Below are positions 29,754 through 37,958 of a stretch of DNA of 64,000 bases, piece by piece. Both the position numbers and the translations under genes were made by a program. The first letter of the stretch is position 1. The number at the start of each line of letters is the position of its first letter. Source of the DNA: an uncultured Pelagibacteraceae bacterium (GTDB lineage Bacteria > Pseudomonadota > Alphaproteobacteria > Pelagibacterales > Pelagibacteraceae); contig CACNGH010000005.1 in NCBI GenBank assembly GCA_902619815.1, forward strand, positions 15,640 through 79,639. Direction: 5' to 3'. The notes below the pieces were generated by a model, which was not told where the DNA came from, searched no databases, and was given only the letters and a program-made list of their open reading frames with translations.

Positions 29754-30182
29754 ATGATCTTAAAATTTTTAGATAAGATCGGCAGAAAAAAAGTTGTATT
29801 AGATAGAGGGCCTTCCCATCCTAAATTTAGTGAAGCAAAGCCCTGGATGAACCGATATTATGTTTTAATGAGGCACCGACCCAAGTGGTTTCCATTTAAT
29901 ATATTAATTCATGAGATGCTCGCTGATGATCACGGTGATGGCGTGCACAATCACACTTTTCCTTATATAACAATAGTATTAAGAGGTGGTTATTGGGAGA
30001 CCTTGAGTACAGGCAAATTCTGGAGACCACCTGGTTATATTGGCTTCAGATCAGCAAATAATCTACATAGAGTAGATCTTAAGCCAGGAACAAGACCATT
30101 AACTATATTTATATCAGGTCCATTTGGATTACGTAAAGGACCAAGATCAGAATATGGTATTGATTTTAAAACAAAAAAATGA
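29754..30182 (+). CDS. Cupin-like hypothetical protein
   Basis: VHNHTFPYITIVLRGGYWE and HRVDL metal-binding cupin pattern. Confidence 0.6.
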   Translation: MILKFLDKIGRKKVVLDRGPSHPKFSEAKPWMNRYYVLMRHRPKWFPFNILIHEMLADDHGDGVHNHTFPYITIVLRGGYWETLSTGKFWRPPGYIGFRSANNLHRVDLKPGTRPLTIFISGPFGLRKGPRSEYGIDFKTKK

Positions 30183-31231
30183 ATTTAGAAAATCTTTTCA
30201 AAAATTTTTGTAAAAAAAATAATTTAGAAATAAATGTTTATCAATTAGCAATTATTGATCAGCTCAAAAGTTTTTACAAATTAAATTTTAATCAATCAAT
30301 TTTTAATAAATTATTTTCTAAAATTGATTTAAAACCAGCCTTTTATTTATATGGTGGTGTTGGTGTTGGAAAAACTATGATCCTAAATTTTTTTTTTAAT
30401 TTAGTAGAGGATAAAAAATTAAGACAGCATTTCAATGAGTTTATGCTTAGCTTTCATGATTTTGCGCATGAAAGAAAAGAAAAAAATGAGGAAAATGTAA
30501 TAAATCAATTTGTAAAAGACTTAAAATCTAAAACAAAATTAATTTATTTTGATGAGTTTCAAGTAACCAATATAGTTGATGCAATGATTTTAGGAAAGTT
30601 ATTTGAACAAATATTCAAAGAAAATATTAAAATTATTTTAACTTCTAATACAAAAATTTCTGAACTTTATAAAGATGGCCTTCAAAGAGATCAGTTTAAA
30701 CCTTTTATAAAAATTATGGAGGAACAATGTACTGAGCTTGAACTCAAAATAGAAGACGATTATAGAAAATCAAATGAAAACCAAAAACAAAGATATTTTT
30801 ATCCTCTTAACCAAGAAACAAATTTTAAAATAAATAAATTTTTTAGAACTATTACAAAAGATAAAAAGCATTTATCGAAAATAATTAATGTTAAAGGAAG
30901 AGAATTTAAAATAAAAAATTTTTATGAGGGAGTGGCTAGATTTGATTTCGATGATCTATGTAATCAAAATCTTGGAGCAGAAGATTATTTAGAAATAATT
31001 AAAAACTGTAAATTTATTACTCTTGATAATATTCCACAATTTAATGATGTTAATTCTAATCAACAACAGAGATTTATAACTTTAATTGATGTCCTGTATG
31101 ATAAAGATATCCCTTTAGCAGTAACTGCTGAAAAAAATATAGATCAGTTTACCTCGTCGAGATTATTAGAAAATCCGTTTAAACGGACTGTCAGTCGATT
31201 ATATGAATTAACCTCTGTGGAAATGAACTAA
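30179..31231 (+). CDS. zapE: Cell division ATPase ZapE (AFG1 family)
   Basis: YLYGGVGVGKT, HFNEFM, FDEFQVTNIVDAMIL, TSN, RFITLIDVLYD, FKRTVSRL. Confidence 0.9.
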   Translation: MNLENLFKNFCKKNNLEINVYQLAIIDQLKSFYKLNFNQSIFNKLFSKIDLKPAFYLYGGVGVGKTMILNFFFNLVEDKKLRQHFNEFMLSFHDFAHERKEKNEENVINQFVKDLKSKTKLIYFDEFQVTNIVDAMILGKLFEQIFKENIKIILTSNTKISELYKDGLQRDQFKPFIKIMEEQCTELELKIEDDYRKSNENQKQRYFYPLNQETNFKINKFFRTITKDKKHLSKIINVKGREFKIKNFYEGVARFDFDDLCNQNLGAEDYLEIIKNCKFITLDNIPQFNDVNSNQQQRFITLIDVLYDKDIPLAVTAEKNIDQFTSSRLLENPFKRTVSRLYELTSVEMN

Positions 31232-31650
31232 TGAAGCAAGAATTTTTCAATCTTAAAATAAATACTGTTGGTCAAAGGTTATATGAATTCACTGATCAAA
31301 CTATTCAATGGATCAACAAAAATAATCTTAAAAATGGAATGATTAATATAAGTATTCAACACACTAGTGCATCTTTAATTGTACAAGAGAATGCTGATCA
31401 AGATGTTCAAACAGATTTAATAAATTATTTTGATAAATTAGTTCCTATGGACAATAAATTGTATGTACACACTACAGAGGGAAAAGATGATATGCCTGCC
31501 CATATAAAGTCTGTATTAACTAACAATCAAATCTCTCTTAGTATTAAGGATAGCGAATTATTACTTGGAACTTGGCAAGGATTATATTTATTTGAACATC
31601 GTTTAGAGCCACAAGATAGAACGATTATTATGCATTTTATTGGGGAATAA
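31231..31650 (+). CDS. yjbQ: YjbQ/UPF0047 family protein
   Basis: HTSASL, ENAD, DDMPAHIKS, LGTWQG. Confidence 0.9.
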   Translation: MKQEFFNLKINTVGQRLYEFTDQTIQWINKNNLKNGMINISIQHTSASLIVQENADQDVQTDLINYFDKLVPMDNKLYVHTTEGKDDMPAHIKSVLTNNQISLSIKDSELLLGTWQGLYLFEHRLEPQDRTIIMHFIGE

Positions 31651-31655
31651 AGCAT

Positions 31656-33074
31656 TTATTTCTTTAGTGACTGAAATGCCTCTAGAGCTGCCGCTCTTGC
31701 TTTTTCGTGGATCACAATAGGTTTAGGATAATCTTTGCCTATTATAGTTTTTATCGCCTCTTGGTACTTGAGTTCCATTTCCCAAGGTTTATGAATGTAT
31801 TTATTAGGTACTTTGCTCAATTCAGGAACCCATTTCCTCACATATAGTCCTTCTTTATCAAATTTTTCTCCCTGCAAAATCGGATTAAATATTCTAAAGT
31901 AAGGTGCAGCATCAGCTCCACAACCAGCAACCCATTGCCATTGAGCTACGTTATTTGCTTTATTAAAGTCTAACAAACAATTTCTGAAATATTTTTCACC
32001 CTCTGTCCAATTTATTCTTAAATGTTTTACAAGAAAAGAACCAACTACCATTCTAATTCGATTATGCATCCATCCAGTTTCATATAATTCTCTCATTCCA
32101 GCATCCACAATTGGATAACCTGTCATTCCAGATTTCCATGCTTTTAGAAACTTTTCGTTTTTTACCCAAGGAAATCGATCAAATTCTTTTCTGTAATTTC
32201 CTTTTAAAAATTCTGGAAAATAATTTATTAAGCTATGTGAAAATTCACGCCAACCTAATTCGTTGATATATTTTCTGTAGCCAATTCCTTTTGATTTAAT
32301 TTCATTACATTTTTGCCAAATAGTACTTACATGAATTTGGCCATGTTTTATGAATGGAGATAATTTTGATGTACCTTCGATTGATGGATAATCTCTAGCT
32401 GTTCCATAATCTTTAATTCTTTTTTCAATTAAATTATTAAGAACTTTTTTCGACTCGTTTTCAGAAACCTTCCAATATTTCTCAAATTTTTTATACCAAT
32501 TTTTTTTAGGTAAAATATTTTTAGGCTCAATACTATTTTTAAAAAAAGAAATTGATTTTATTTTTTTTTTAACAATATAATTTTTGCTTGGGGGAAGACC
32601 AAGATATTTCTCTTCAGCATTTCTCCAAAATGGACTAAATACTTTAAAGGGGGTTCCGTCGTTTTTAGTTACTTCTTGATATTCATTTAGAATATTTCCC
32701 TTAAAATATTTAAACTCAATTTCATTTTTCAAAAAAGCATCTCTTATTTGTTTACCCTTAGCAATTACATCTGGTTCATAAATTTTATTCCAATATACTG
32801 AAATATTATCTTTTTTTTTTATTTTTGATAATATATGTAGCTCATCTCCCTCTAATATTTGAAGATTGATTTTATATTTAGATAATTCTGATTTAAATTC
32901 CTCTAAAGATTTATACAACCACCATTTTTGTGCTTCGCGTTTTTTATCAAAATCAGATTTGTTATAAATAAATATTGCAATAACGTTATCATGGTTTTGA
33001 CTTGCATAAGATAGTGCTGGATTATGTTCAATTCTAAAATCCTCCCTAATCCAAAATATTGCATTTTTTGTCAT
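31656..33074 (-). CDS. phrB: Deoxyribodipyrimidine photolyase (class I CPD-type)
   Basis: WIREDFRIEHN, TSKLSP, GWREF, TGYPIVDAGMREL, WMHNRIRM, WQWVAGCG, YFRIFNP. Confidence 0.93.
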   Translation of the reverse strand: MTKNAIFWIREDFRIEHNPALSYASQNHDNVIAIFIYNKSDFDKKREAQKWWLYKSLEEFKSELSKYKINLQILEGDELHILSKIKKKDNISVYWNKIYEPDVIAKGKQIRDAFLKNEIEFKYFKGNILNEYQEVTKNDGTPFKVFSPFWRNAEEKYLGLPPSKNYIVKKKIKSISFFKNSIEPKNILPKKNWYKKFEKYWKVSENESKKVLNNLIEKRIKDYGTARDYPSIEGTSKLSPFIKHGQIHVSTIWQKCNEIKSKGIGYRKYINELGWREFSHSLINYFPEFLKGNYRKEFDRFPWVKNEKFLKAWKSGMTGYPIVDAGMRELYETGWMHNRIRMVVGSFLVKHLRINWTEGEKYFRNCLLDFNKANNVAQWQWVAGCGADAAPYFRIFNPILQGEKFDKEGLYVRKWVPELSKVPNKYIHKPWEMELKYQEAIKTIIGKDYPKPIVIHEKARAAALEAFQSLKK

Positions 33075-33079
33075 TGTAC

Positions 33080-34213
33080 TTATCTTCTGCCTTTAGATAG
33101 CAGTTGTTTGTAAAGTTTTACATCTGCATTACCTTCGCATCCAATTACTAAAACATTAGATTTTTCGTTAAGTTCAATCAGTTTTTTAGCACTGGAATTA
33201 TTACAAATGCCTATTAGGCCTATAATTCCAGGTGTAGAGCACTCTCCACCAATTATTGAATTTTTACTGAGCTTTTTGTCTTTTAACATAGCTACAGTTT
33301 TGGCAACATTTCGATCACTTACAGATACACAACAATTGCTCGCTTTTTTTAATATTTGCCAAGGAATATACGACATTTCATTACATGACATACCTCCCAT
33401 GATACTTTCTTTTTTGATCTTAATTTTTTTAAGTTTATTATTTTTAATACTCTGAAGCACACAATCAGCTCTATCAGGCTCAACAATTATAATTTTTGGA
33501 ATTCTTTTAAAATATTTTGCAACGCCAGCTACAACACCAGCAGCCATGCCCCCCACACCAGCTTGTAAGAAAATATGAGTTATATATTGATTAGTTTGCT
33601 TAGATATTTCTCTTATCATTATGGAATATCCTGCCATTGTAAGTTGGGGGACTAATTTGTAGTTTCTTGTCGCAACATCTTGAACAATTTTCCAATTATT
33701 CTTTTTTGATAATTTTTTGCATTCATTAAGTGAATTTTCGTAATCCCCCTTAACTCGTAGTACTTCAGCTCCAAATTTTTTAATTTCTTTAACTCTAGAA
33801 TCGCTTACGTATTGACTAACAAAGATTTTACATTTTAAACCTAATCTTTTGGCACCCCATGCAACAGATCTTCCATGATTTCCGGCTGTTGCTGATGAAA
33901 TAATTATATTTTTTTTTCCTTTAGATATTTTTTCTACAGCATATGCACCCCCTAAAGCTTTAAAGGATTTTAAATGAAATCTTTTTGATTCATCTTTATA
34001 AAAAATATTATTTAGTTTTAAATTTTTTTTTAATTTATCAAGTTTTATTAGGGGTGTAGCCCTATAATTTTTCCAATTGGAAATTGATGTAAAAGCGTTT
34101 GTTAAAAACAAAGATGGAACAAATTTTAAAACATATTCTCTTTTAAAACTAAAATTATTATTTTTTAAAGATTTTGTAAGTGTCCAGTTCTTAATACTTT
34201 TTAAACTCTTCAC
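33080..34213 (-). CDS. dpaL: Diaminopropionate ammonia-lyase family PLP enzyme
   Basis: KDESKRFHLKSFKALGG (PLP Lys), ATAGNHGRSVAW, QAGVGGMA, MGGMSC, GCEG. Confidence 0.82.
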   Translation of the reverse strand: MKSLKSIKNWTLTKSLKNNNFSFKREYVLKFVPSLFLTNAFTSISNWKNYRATPLIKLDKLKKNLKLNNIFYKDESKRFHLKSFKALGGAYAVEKISKGKKNIIISSATAGNHGRSVAWGAKRLGLKCKIFVSQYVSDSRVKEIKKFGAEVLRVKGDYENSLNECKKLSKKNNWKIVQDVATRNYKLVPQLTMAGYSIMIREISKQTNQYITHIFLQAGVGGMAAGVVAGVAKYFKRIPKIIIVEPDRADCVLQSIKNNKLKKIKIKKESIMGGMSCNEMSYIPWQILKKASNCCVSVSDRNVAKTVAMLKDKKLSKNSIIGGECSTPGIIGLIGICNNSSAKKLIELNEKSNVLVIGCEGNADVKLYKQLLSKGRR

Positions 34214-34214
34214 T

Positions 34215-35540
34215 TTAACAGTCTAAAGTATTCTGTCTTTCCCATTTTGTTACAGGTTTTGACTTATCAAATTTTTCTTTATTATCAAATTCTTTAATTT
34301 CTGAGTTTCTAAGTTTAATATAACTATTAATTGTTTCTTCTCCAAAAGCTTCACTCATCTCATTGTTATTTTTCAAAAGTTCTAGAGAATCTTGGAGTTC
34401 GTTTGGTAATTTAGGTAAGTTAGGATATTTCTCATAATCTGTGTACATATTGCAAGTCAGAGGCTCTCCTGGATCAATTTTATTTTTTAATCCATAAAGA
34501 CCAGCAGCTAATATACTTGCTTGTAATAAATATGGATTTGCAGATCCATCCATCAATCTCAGTTCAAATCTACCAGGATCTGGAATTCTTATCATATGTG
34601 TCCTGTTATTGCCTGTATAAGATATGCTACTTGGCGACCACGATGCTCCAGATTTTGTTGGTGGTGCATTAATTCTTCTATAGCTGTTAATTGTTGGATT
34701 AAAGAAAGCAGACAAAGATGAAGCATTTTTAATTACACCTCCTAAGAAATTATAAGCCATTTTACTAAGTCCAAGTTTGTCTGATTTATCTAAAAATTTA
34801 TTTTTCTTTTTATCCCAAACTGATATGTGGGCATGACAACCATTACCTGTTAAGTTTTCAAATGGTTTAGGCATAAATGTTGCTCTTAAGCCATGTTTTT
34901 CTGCTAATGTTTTAACCATATACTTAAAAAAAGTATGTCTATCAGCTGTTTTTAAACAATCATCATAGTCCCAATTCATCTCAAATTGCCCATTGGCGTC
35001 TTCATGATCATTTTGATATGGACCCCATCCCATCTCAATCATGCAATCACAAATTTCTTTTATTAAGTCGTATCTACGCATTAGCGCTGATTGATCATAA
35101 CAAGGTTTAGATTGAGTATCTCTTGGATCGGCAATTGAATTTCCATCTGGTGAGATTAAAAAGTATTCACACTCTACACCTGATTTCATTGTTAAATTTT
35201 GTTTTTTTAATTTCTTAATTTGATTTTTTAACATTATTCTTGGAGAGGCTTCTACAGGCTTACCATTCATCCATAAGTCCGATGCAAGCCATCCGACTTC
35301 TTTATTCCAAGGCAATTGAATTAAACTATCTGGATCAGGAATACCAAACATATCACTATCTGCAGGAGACATATCTAGCCAAGCTGCAAAACCAGCAAAC
35401 CCTGCTCCAGCAGTTTGCATTTCTTTAATAGCATGCGCCGGAACTAGTTTTGATCTAAGAACACCAAAAAGATCAACAAAGCTTATTAAGAAATATTTTA
35501 TTTTTTTTTGTTTTGCTATTTTGAACAAGTTTTTAGCCAT
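34215..35540 (-). CDS. gmaS: Gamma-glutamylmethylamide synthetase (type III glutamate-ammonia ligase, GlnT)
   Basis: RSKLVP, GAGFAGFA, KPCYDQ, YQNDHEDANGQFEMN, SGASWSP, NNRTHMIR; inside methylamine cluster. Confidence 0.88.
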   Translation of the reverse strand: MAKNLFKIAKQKKIKYFLISFVDLFGVLRSKLVPAHAIKEMQTAGAGFAGFAAWLDMSPADSDMFGIPDPDSLIQLPWNKEVGWLASDLWMNGKPVEASPRIMLKNQIKKLKKQNLTMKSGVECEYFLISPDGNSIADPRDTQSKPCYDQSALMRRYDLIKEICDCMIEMGWGPYQNDHEDANGQFEMNWDYDDCLKTADRHTFFKYMVKTLAEKHGLRATFMPKPFENLTGNGCHAHISVWDKKKNKFLDKSDKLGLSKMAYNFLGGVIKNASSLSAFFNPTINSYRRINAPPTKSGASWSPSSISYTGNNRTHMIRIPDPGRFELRLMDGSANPYLLQASILAAGLYGLKNKIDPGEPLTCNMYTDYEKYPNLPKLPNELQDSLELLKNNNEMSEAFGEETINSYIKLRNSEIKEFDNKEKFDKSKPVTKWERQNTLDC

Positions 35541-35557
35541 TGCCTAGGCTATCACAA

Positions 35558-35710
35558 TTATTTAAAAAATGAAAAGATAGTTTCTTTATACAAAATAAAA
35601 TTTACTACTACTATTAAGATAATTGCAAGAATTACACCATACTTCGCTTTTGGAAAAGCAACCCCCCTCATTTTGGTTGGTCTTAGCTCGTTGTTTTTAT
35701 TTTCACTCAT
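35558..35710 (-). CDS. 50-aa single-TM small protein
   Basis: ATG 35710 lies downstream of the terminator; MSENK...GVAFPKAKYGVILAIILIVVVNFILY. Confidence 0.55.
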   Translation of the reverse strand: MSENKNNELRPTKMRGVAFPKAKYGVILAIILIVVVNFILYKETIFSFFK

Positions 35711-35724
35711 TATAGTAAGATTAT

Positions 35725-35755
35725 AAAAAAAGGGCGCTACATTCAAGTAGCGCCC
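35725..35755 (-). terminator. Intrinsic terminator of amt operon
   Basis: Minus strand GGGCGCTAC-TTGAAT-GTAGCGCCC followed by T7. Confidence 0.88.
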
Positions 35756-35769
35756 AAATTTCCTTTTAA

Positions 35770-36000
35770 TTACCAATCGGTAATATTGCTTTTATGATCG
35801 TTTGCACCGTGTCTTTTTCTAGATAATCTATCAAGTTCTTCTCTCTCAGATTTATCTGTGATGACACTCCATCCAATCCACACAGCAATTAACAATAGGA
35901 CTAGTATAAATTCACTAGATCCTGCTCCAGGATAAACCGATCCAGCAACCTCTTCTGCAGGTTTATTTAGATGATCTATCCAGTTTGATACTGTAGCCAT
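35770..36000 (-). CDS. 76-aa single-TM protein co-transcribed with Amt
   Basis: SD AAGGAG overlapping the amt stop region; VYPGAGSSE then TM FILVLLLIAVWIGW. Confidence 0.75.
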   Translation of the reverse strand: MATVSNWIDHLNKPAEEVAGSVYPGAGSSEFILVLLLIAVWIGWSVITDKSEREELDRLSRKRHGANDHKSNITDW

Positions 36001-36011
36001 ATTTTTCTCCT

Positions 36012-37412
36012 TTACCTGGTTGCTGATGAAACTGCTTTTTCGTCATCTTTTGCAGTCTCCATCATTTCATAGTCTAGTCCTGCTATCTCAACTTCACGTG
36101 GGATTCTTAATTTACCCATTCCGTTAAGAACTCTAGCAATTATATATCCTGGTATAAGCCCTAGAACAAAGAACATTATTATTGCTCCTATAAATTGACC
36201 CAATGGATTAATTGTTGCGTAAGTTGTTCCATCAAACATAGCTCCTACGCTATATCCAGATGAAGGATAACCATTCAAAACAAATCCACAGATTACAAGT
36301 CCAATAAAACCAGCATAACCATGTACAGCTACTGCTCCAACCGCATCATCAATTTTGAACTTTCGCTCAACCCAATAATGAAGTTTGTAGGAAATCACAA
36401 CTCCAATCATACCAATAATTAAAGCTTGAATTGGATGATATAAGTCATTTCCAGCTGAGGCACATATTATACCTGCTAGTCCACTTGAGTAAGTCCAGAA
36501 AGGATCACCTTTTGCAATAACATATCCAGCTAATAATCCACCTGATAATGACATTAAGAAGTTCATAGTTATTCCACTTAATGTAGTAGGTGTTAAGTAA
36601 ATGTTTGTTGCTGTCCAGAATGTTACTCCTTCCATTCCATACTCAGGTCCAAGGTCATATATCGGAACATTACATGCCGCATAAAATCCCCAAAAACCAG
36701 TATAAATTAAAAATAATCCAATAGTAACTAGCCAAGGATTTCTTGGTCCTATATTTCTTGGTTCACCACTTGATGAAAATTTTCCAATTCTTGGTCCTAA
36801 AACCATAAGAACACCTAGTGCAAATCCACCTGCTATTGCGTGAATAACACCTGATGCATACGCATCGTGATATCCTAAAATTTTAAGCATCCATCCATCA
36901 AAGTGCCATCCCCATGAAGCATCTATCGACCAAAAAACAGATCCAATCGCAATTGCTAAAACTCCAAATGCAAAAGTTGTTATCCTTTCAATAATAGCCC
37001 CAGAAACGATAGAAGCAGCAGTCCATGAAAATAATAAGAACGCCGCCCAAAAAACACCCATTATATGATCGTTAAGATTAACTGCCATAAGAGCATTAGT
37101 TGGATTAGCAAGATCATTTCCTCCAAATCCACCACTTAAAACGAGTCCGGTGCTTTCTGTCATTATTGATGGAGCTAGTCCAGGTCCTGTTGGAAAAGCC
37201 CAATAAATCCACCAACCAAATAAAAACCAAGTTACTGTTACCAAAGGTATAAGCATTGTGTTTTTCATTAAGGTATGTTGGTGGTGTTTGTATCTTGACG
37301 CTCCAACTTCATACATACAGAAACCGACGTGAATTAAAAACATCAGTACCACTGTTACCCAGTAGTAAAACTCTGTAAATATAGTAGTAAGAGCACCTAA
37401 CTGATCAGTCAT
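36012..37412 (-). CDS. amt: Amt/Rh family transporter, divergent (putative methylammonium transporter)
   Basis: About 11 TM; IVSGAIIER, twin His (GVIHAIAG, AVAVHG), LGPRIG, KIDDAVGA. Confidence 0.88.
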   Translation of the reverse strand: MTDQLGALTTIFTEFYYWVTVVLMFLIHVGFCMYEVGASRYKHHQHTLMKNTMLIPLVTVTWFLFGWWIYWAFPTGPGLAPSIMTESTGLVLSGGFGGNDLANPTNALMAVNLNDHIMGVFWAAFLLFSWTAASIVSGAIIERITTFAFGVLAIAIGSVFWSIDASWGWHFDGWMLKILGYHDAYASGVIHAIAGGFALGVLMVLGPRIGKFSSSGEPRNIGPRNPWLVTIGLFLIYTGFWGFYAACNVPIYDLGPEYGMEGVTFWTATNIYLTPTTLSGITMNFLMSLSGGLLAGYVIAKGDPFWTYSSGLAGIICASAGNDLYHPIQALIIGMIGVVISYKLHYWVERKFKIDDAVGAVAVHGYAGFIGLVICGFVLNGYPSSGYSVGAMFDGTTYATINPLGQFIGAIIMFFVLGLIPGYIIARVLNGMGKLRIPREVEIAGLDYEMMETAKDDEKAVSSATR

Positions 37413-37439
37413 TTTTTTACCCCCATATTTGTTTAAGAA

Positions 37440-37468
37440 ATCTTATGAAATTTTTAAGGGTGTGACAA
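37440..37468 (-). promoter_or_regulatory. Putative sigma70 promoter of amt
   Basis: TTGTCA - 17 nt - TAAGAT on minus strand; GGGGG SD downstream. Confidence 0.5.
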
Positions 37469-37537
37469 ACAAAACAAATCTAAAAAACCTACTGTGGACA
37501 ATAGATTTACAAATAAAATCAACTCTTGATTGTGATA

Positions 37538-37951
37538 TTAAAACTTTAAATAGGCTTTTTTCAAATCAACAAGTGGATGTTTAGGAGACATTTGAAATTT
37601 AACTAACAGTTCTCTAGCTATCATATCTCTGTCTTGTTGATTGTTAGGTAGCTTAATTGATTTTGGAATAGTAACCCACCCGTTAGCATTTCTACAAAAT
37701 ACTGCTGGTCTATCTTCTTCGTAACCCATATGAACATCTTCTAGCCAATTAAGATCATCCCATCCCATAGCTTCAATATACTTCTTTAAAAATGGAGTTA
37801 TCTTTTTGTAATCAGGAAGTAAGTTAACATCATATCTATAACCAATATGTTGACCAATTAATTTTTCTCTTGCAGTTTCCTTAAAAGTACTAAGCTTGTC
37901 TTTTTTTGGTTTACCTTTAGATTTTATTTTTTTTGTTTTTTTCTTTGGCAT
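37538..37951 (-). CDS. Hypothetical protein (137 aa) in mgs operon
   Basis: ATG 37951, 7 nt after mgsC-like stop; Lys-rich N-terminus; DDLNWLEDVHMGYEEDRPAVF core. Confidence 0.75.
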   Translation of the reverse strand: MPKKKTKKIKSKGKPKKDKLSTFKETAREKLIGQHIGYRYDVNLLPDYKKITPFLKKYIEAMGWDDLNWLEDVHMGYEEDRPAVFCRNANGWVTIPKSIKLPNNQQDRDMIARELLVKFQMSPKHPLVDLKKAYLKF

Positions 37952-37958
37952 AATTAAT

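Noticed and set aside
32560-32825. Long poly-T/poly-A runs (e.g. in phrB) as phase-variation tracts
   Set aside because: They encode Lys runs in an AT-rich genome and the frames are intact
35711-35776. Extended N-terminus of ORF 35558-35776 and the plus-strand ORF 35508-35726
   Set aside because: The extension runs through the amt terminator hairpin; the plus-strand ORF is its antisense shadow
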